From: a virus
Lineage: Duplodnaviria; Caudoviricetes
Strand: one strand, 5' to 3'
DNA length: 50,271 bases
IMG/VR virus record: IMGVR_UViG_3300037467_000958
Coordinates: 1-50,271 of that record
The notes under the pieces were generated by a model, which worked only from the letters and a program-made list of their open reading frames with translations, did not search any database and had not been told where the DNA came from. A program made the position numbers and the translations under genes. Position 1 is the first letter of the stretch, and the number at the start of each line of letters is the position of its first letter. Shown one piece after another: positions 46,939 to 50,271 of this stretch.

Positions 46939-47337
46939 ATGCCTAGAATGCTATCTGTATTCGCGGAAGCCGTTCTGCTGCGTATGCAGGACGGACTGGA
47001 CGAAGCTAAAACCGCCGAAATTCTGAACACGAAGTACGGTACGGCATACACGGCCGACCATGTTGCAACATTCACCAATCGCGTAATCGTCAAGCGCAGG
47101 CATCCGTATTTGATCCATGAATTGAGAGATAAGGGCTTAAAAGCGCAGGCCGTCGCGGATTTATTCGGCATCCGGGTTCAGACTGTTTATTACCACCAGC
47201 GGCAATTTCCGAAAAAGCCGTTCGGTGATATGACAATGTTTACCTATGCAGGCGCATTACAAAAAGAGTGGGAACCTGAACACAATAAATGGTTCGAACA
47301 CGGAAGGCTGCATCACGCCGTTACGTATTCTCGATAA
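46939..47337 (+). CDS. HTH DNA-binding protein
   Basis: LRDKGLKAQAVADLFGIRVQTVYYH; a second HTH-like segment N-terminally. Confidence 0.7.
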   Translation: MPRMLSVFAEAVLLRMQDGLDEAKTAEILNTKYGTAYTADHVATFTNRVIVKRRHPYLIHELRDKGLKAQAVADLFGIRVQTVYYHQRQFPKKPFGDMTMFTYAGALQKEWEPEHNKWFEHGRLHHAVTYSR

Positions 47338-47418
47338 TTCGCAAAACGGAACCGCGCATACAACCCTTTCAGCCTGTATTCGCGGTTCTCAAATTTCTTA
47401 AAAAAGGAGCATTACAAA

Positions 47419-47622
47419 TTGTTCGAAAAAGATGTAATACTACGTACAATCGAAGAATACCGTAAACAAGGCTATACGATGAAAGCCTGTTTTCAGAAAG
47501 CAGCCGCCGCTGTGAATTTTTCCCGCTCTATCGAATCCATTAAATATACGTATTACGAGGAACGCAAAGCCTTAAAACGCTATAGGGAGTTAACCGGGGA
47601 CTATTCAGACATACAAAATTAA
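47419..47622 (+). CDS. Small helical protein, possibly RsfA/Myb-like
   Basis: AAAGGAG RBS; D..L..T......G.T....F.......N..RS pattern. Confidence 0.55.
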   Translation: MFEKDVILRTIEEYRKQGYTMKACFQKAAAAVNFSRSIESIKYTYYEERKALKRYRELTGDYSDIQN

Positions 47623-47625
47623 CGA

Positions 47626-47655
47626 TTGACATGTATACAGGAACCGTGTTATGAT
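47626..47655 (+). promoter_or_regulatory. SigA early promoter (phage promoter family)
   Basis: TTGACA-N18-TATGAT, extended TG. Confidence 0.8.
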
Positions 47656-47713
47656 AAGAATACAGAAGGGGAAGTAATTCCCCTACATAACCCTTAAAGG
47701 AGGCCGAAAGGCT

Positions 47714-48316
47714 ATGAGAACAAAACAAATTAATATTTACAAGTACGATGAACTTTCCGACCGTGCGAAGCAAAACGCGCTTTATCGTTGGGCATCACAC
47801 GGCGATTATGACGGGTCGGAAAATGAAGAAACGCTGAAAGCGTTCGAAAACATTTTTCCAGTTAACGTGCGGGATTGGGAGTACGGTGAGCGCGGCCGGG
47901 AGTATGTGCGCTGGACGTTTACGGCCGATGATGACATTGAGAACCTTTCAGGTGTTCGGCTGCTTACGTACCTTGCGAACAACTATTTTCGCGATTTATG
48001 GAAAGGGAAATACTACTCGACGCGCATGAAATGGATTGACGGAAAATGCCATTATAAAAGCCGCCATTCAAAAGTCATTTTCGATAACGCTTGTGTATTA
48101 ACAGACGTTTGGATCGACCATGATATTCTTCAGCCGATTTACGGCTTTATGAAAAAGCCGGATCATCGCACGTTCCGCGATTTAATGGAGGAATGTTTGG
48201 AATCTTGGATATCTGCTTGTACGAACGATTATGAGCATTACTATTCGAAAGAACATTTTGCGGAAATGTGCGAAGGTAACGAATGGGAATTTGACGAATA
48301 CGGAAATTTTGCTTGA
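47714..48316 (+). CDS. Conserved phage protein
   Basis: Y.YDELS..AK..A N-terminus and E.CE.NEWEFDE.G C-terminus. Confidence 0.85.
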   Translation: MRTKQINIYKYDELSDRAKQNALYRWASHGDYDGSENEETLKAFENIFPVNVRDWEYGERGREYVRWTFTADDDIENLSGVRLLTYLANNYFRDLWKGKYYSTRMKWIDGKCHYKSRHSKVIFDNACVLTDVWIDHDILQPIYGFMKKPDHRTFRDLMEECLESWISACTNDYEHYYSKEHFAEMCEGNEWEFDEYGNFA

Positions 48317-48342
48317 CATGTATACATGACATGTGCTATATT
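48313..48342 (+). promoter_or_regulatory. SigA early promoter (phage promoter family)
   Basis: TTGACA-N18-TATATT, ACATGACATGT in spacer. Confidence 0.8.
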
Positions 48343-48362
48343 GAATGTAGGGAGGCGATAAC

Positions 48363-48500
48363 ATGTTGTTCTTCGCAATCGTGCTAGGCGCGTTCATTGC
48401 AAGCCCGCTGCTCGGGATCAAAACCCGGTATATGGCTGAAGAACGCGACAAGCAAACCGCTCGGGAAGTCGTCGAGGCTTACAAGCGCCGGGTTCTATAA
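48363..48500 (+). CDS. Small membrane protein (45 aa, not in ORF track)
   Basis: GGGAGG RBS after promoter; N-terminal TM. Confidence 0.7.
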   Translation: MLFFAIVLGAFIASPLLGIKTRYMAEERDKQTAREVVEAYKRRVL

Positions 48501-48568
48501 CGGAATCCGGCAAGTTTTTCACTCATTCCCATGTCACGTGACATGAGGCCAAAAGGGAGGCTTTTCAA

Positions 48569-49075
48569 ATGAAAAAAGTTATCAACCCGATTATGAAAAA
48601 GACTTACGGCGGACGCTCCTACCGGGTACACATTAAAATCGAATTGAACGACGGCAAACTGTCCATTTCCGGGGTTGAAGGTGCGCTTCCTTCAGGTAAT
48701 TGCTTAGGAAGTTGCGGACAAATCGATATGCACCTTCGAACCGAAAATCGCCACGCTAACGGATGGAAATACATGCCGGGCTGGACACCTTCGAAAATGA
48801 CGAAACTCTTGGAAATATGGGATCGCTGGCATTTAAACGATATGAAAGCCGGAACGTCGAAACAAGAAGCATTTATCCGGGATTGGAAAGCGGCAGGCAA
48901 TAAATACGATTACACGGCCGTATGTAAAGCGTTGGAAGAAGCCGGGCTGCTGGTTGACGGTGAGTACAAATACGGCACGAAATGGCTGAAAGAAGAAGTG
49001 CCGCAAGAGGTTATCGAGTGGCTTTTCAGTCTCCCGGATGCCGAAAAGCCCTGTGCGTGGGGAAGAAATTTATGA
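48569..49075 (+). CDS. Conserved phage protein
   Basis: GQI...W.RWHLNDM.AG..Q...YKYG..WL.EE.P motifs. Confidence 0.85.
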   Translation: MKKVINPIMKKTYGGRSYRVHIKIELNDGKLSISGVEGALPSGNCLGSCGQIDMHLRTENRHANGWKYMPGWTPSKMTKLLEIWDRWHLNDMKAGTSKQEAFIRDWKAAGNKYDYTAVCKALEEAGLLVDGEYKYGTKWLKEEVPQEVIEWLFSLPDAEKPCAWGRNL

Positions 49076-49163
49076 CCGTCCTTCACATTCGAATTAACGG
49101 GCAGCTTGTGGCGATCCGGTACGGCAAGCAAATTATTTCAGTCCGGTAATACAAATTTCCCGC

Positions 49164-49193
49164 TTGACGTGTATACATGTTACGTGATATGAT
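49164..49193 (+). promoter_or_regulatory. SigA early promoter (phage promoter family)
   Basis: TTGACG-N18-TATGAT, extended TG. Confidence 0.8.
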
Positions 49194-49221
49194 AAAACTA
49201 TAAACAAGGAGGCGATGCCCG

Positions 49222-49557
49222 GTGATAAAAGTACATTGGATTAAAGATGGAAAGGAACATGAAGGGATGATTCCGGCTGAAAAGCTGGACGAATGGTTCG
49301 AGTGGGCGAAGAAATACACTTGGGCCTACGGATGGGAGGAAATGGGACTCACCCCGCAGGAACGCATGGCCCTCACCCCGGCGATCTGCATCGATAACGA
49401 AGGCGTTGAGGATTATTTGGAACACGGGCAACGGTATTTACTTGACTTTCCAGAAAAAGAAGATAGAGCAGGCGTATTTGTATACACGCTGGAAGGTTTT
49501 TTAATCGACACATTTTTTGAAGATCGCTTTACCGTAATTCCCGATGATGAAGCCTGA
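49222..49557 (+). CDS. Hypothetical acidic protein
   Basis: AAGGAGG RBS. Confidence 0.8.
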   Translation: MIKVHWIKDGKEHEGMIPAEKLDEWFEWAKKYTWAYGWEEMGLTPQERMALTPAICIDNEGVEDYLEHGQRYLLDFPEKEDRAGVFVYTLEGFLIDTFFEDRFTVIPDDEA

Positions 49558-49888
49558 AGAAATCGTAAGTCGGGCGCGGGCTTCAGGGCTTCGCGTCCGG
49601 ACGTTCCACGGCGATCCGGCAACAGGCCGGGAGTCTTATACGCAAAAAGGCGCGATTATCCGCATCATGGCGGGACATAAGGAATTATATCGGCATCCTA
49701 CTTACTTTCAGCCTAACTTAATGATTATCGGCTCCTTCAGTGCGGTTTTCGATTACAATCCAAAAAGAATCCGCGACTTCCCGTTTACCGTCTGCTATGA
49801 AAACAAACATGCAATCCGGATTTTCGAAACGAAAGAAAAAGCTGAAAGGTATGTCCAATATTTGAAGGGAGAACGCCAAAAATGTTAA
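49544..49888 (+). CDS. Hypothetical protein
   Basis: Overlap-coupled ORF. Confidence 0.65.
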   Translation: MMKPEEIVSRARASGLRVRTFHGDPATGRESYTQKGAIIRIMAGHKELYRHPTYFQPNLMIIGSFSAVFDYNPKRIRDFPFTVCYENKHAIRIFETKEKAERYVQYLKGERQKC

Positions 49889-49971
49889 TTGATGTGCTTG
49901 TATGGGGAGTCGTTGCAATCGCGCTAATAGCTTTGCTTATATACGGACTGTCGGGAGGTTGGAAAAATTGA
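49882..49971 (+). CDS. Very small membrane peptide (29 aa, not in ORF track)
   Basis: AAGGGAG RBS; MLIDVLVWGVVAIALIALLIYGLSGGWKN. Confidence 0.55.
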   Translation: MLIDVLVWGVVAIALIALLIYGLSGGWKN

Positions 49972-50153
49972 CGGTGAAGTGTCCTCGCTGCGGAGAACAC
50001 AACATCCAGAAAAACAACCCGGAATCTTTATTCTTCAAAGCACTCATATGCTATCCCTGTTCGGATGAAGAAATCCACAAAGTTAAGCGGGCATGGAAAA
50101 CGCACCCGGAAATGGCTGAATATTTTCAGAAAATACTTTTGGGAGGTAATTAA
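49968..50153 (+). CDS. Small Zn-finger protein
   Basis: TTG start after GGGAGG; CPRC...CYPC. Confidence 0.7.
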   Translation: MTVKCPRCGEHNIQKNNPESLFFKALICYPCSDEEIHKVKRAWKTHPEMAEYFQKILLGGN

Positions 50154-50271
50154 ATGATTACAGTCGAACGGGTAAAAGCGGCTTACGAAAAAGCCGGGAT
50201 TAAACCGAAGTCGGGAGATTTTTGCGGGGAAGGCTGTGGCTGCATATTAACGGCTTTATTAGTTGGGGAAG
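50146..50271. repeat. Terminal overlap, copy 2
   Basis: Identical to 2-127. Confidence 0.95.

Noticed and set aside
49072-49149. 25-aa ORF MTVLHIRINGQLVAIRYGKQIISVR
   Set aside because: ATGA-coupled and possible, but too short to support
50146-50271. 126-bp terminal direct repeat as a biological DTR
   Set aside because: Its length fits an assembler k-mer overlap and it cuts through a gene; treated as a circularisation artefact

Overview
This window is an apparently complete, circularly permuted ~50.1-kb tailed dsDNA phage genome: bases 2-127 recur at 50146-50271. Gene content points to a podovirus-like virion (adaptor and nozzle proteins, two large putative ejection proteins, no tape measure or tail tube). 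The host is probably a spore-forming Bacillota, likely Paenibacillaceae, judged from the SigA promoters, GGAGG RBSs and the endolysin C-terminus. The + strand (44.6 kb to the end, then 1 to 17.8 kb) carries small early genes behind repeated SigA promoters, followed by replication genes: SNF2 helicase, PD-(D/E)XK nuclease, Sak4-like ATPase, SSB, a TOPRIM-primase/MCM-helicase fusion, family A polymerase, MazG and a RuvC-like resolvase. The - strand (44.2 to 17.8 kb) carries an Acb4-like protein, terminase, portal, scaffold, capsid, tail, ejection and lysis genes. I recognised no integrase. The most notable signals are: (1) scattered genes behind sporulation-sigma-type (SigF/SigE) promoters, namely a Zn-finger/RHH regulator operon, an antisense FtsK/SpoIIIE + relaxase cassette and an antisense membrane hydrolase, together with an RsfA-like gene and permuted parS half-sites, suggesting a sporulation-coupled dormancy or spore-entry system; (2) two covarying mini-pseudoknots in the scaffold/capsid 5' UTR; (3) heavily structured RNA in the early region. 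All family calls are from motif recognition by eye, with no database search.
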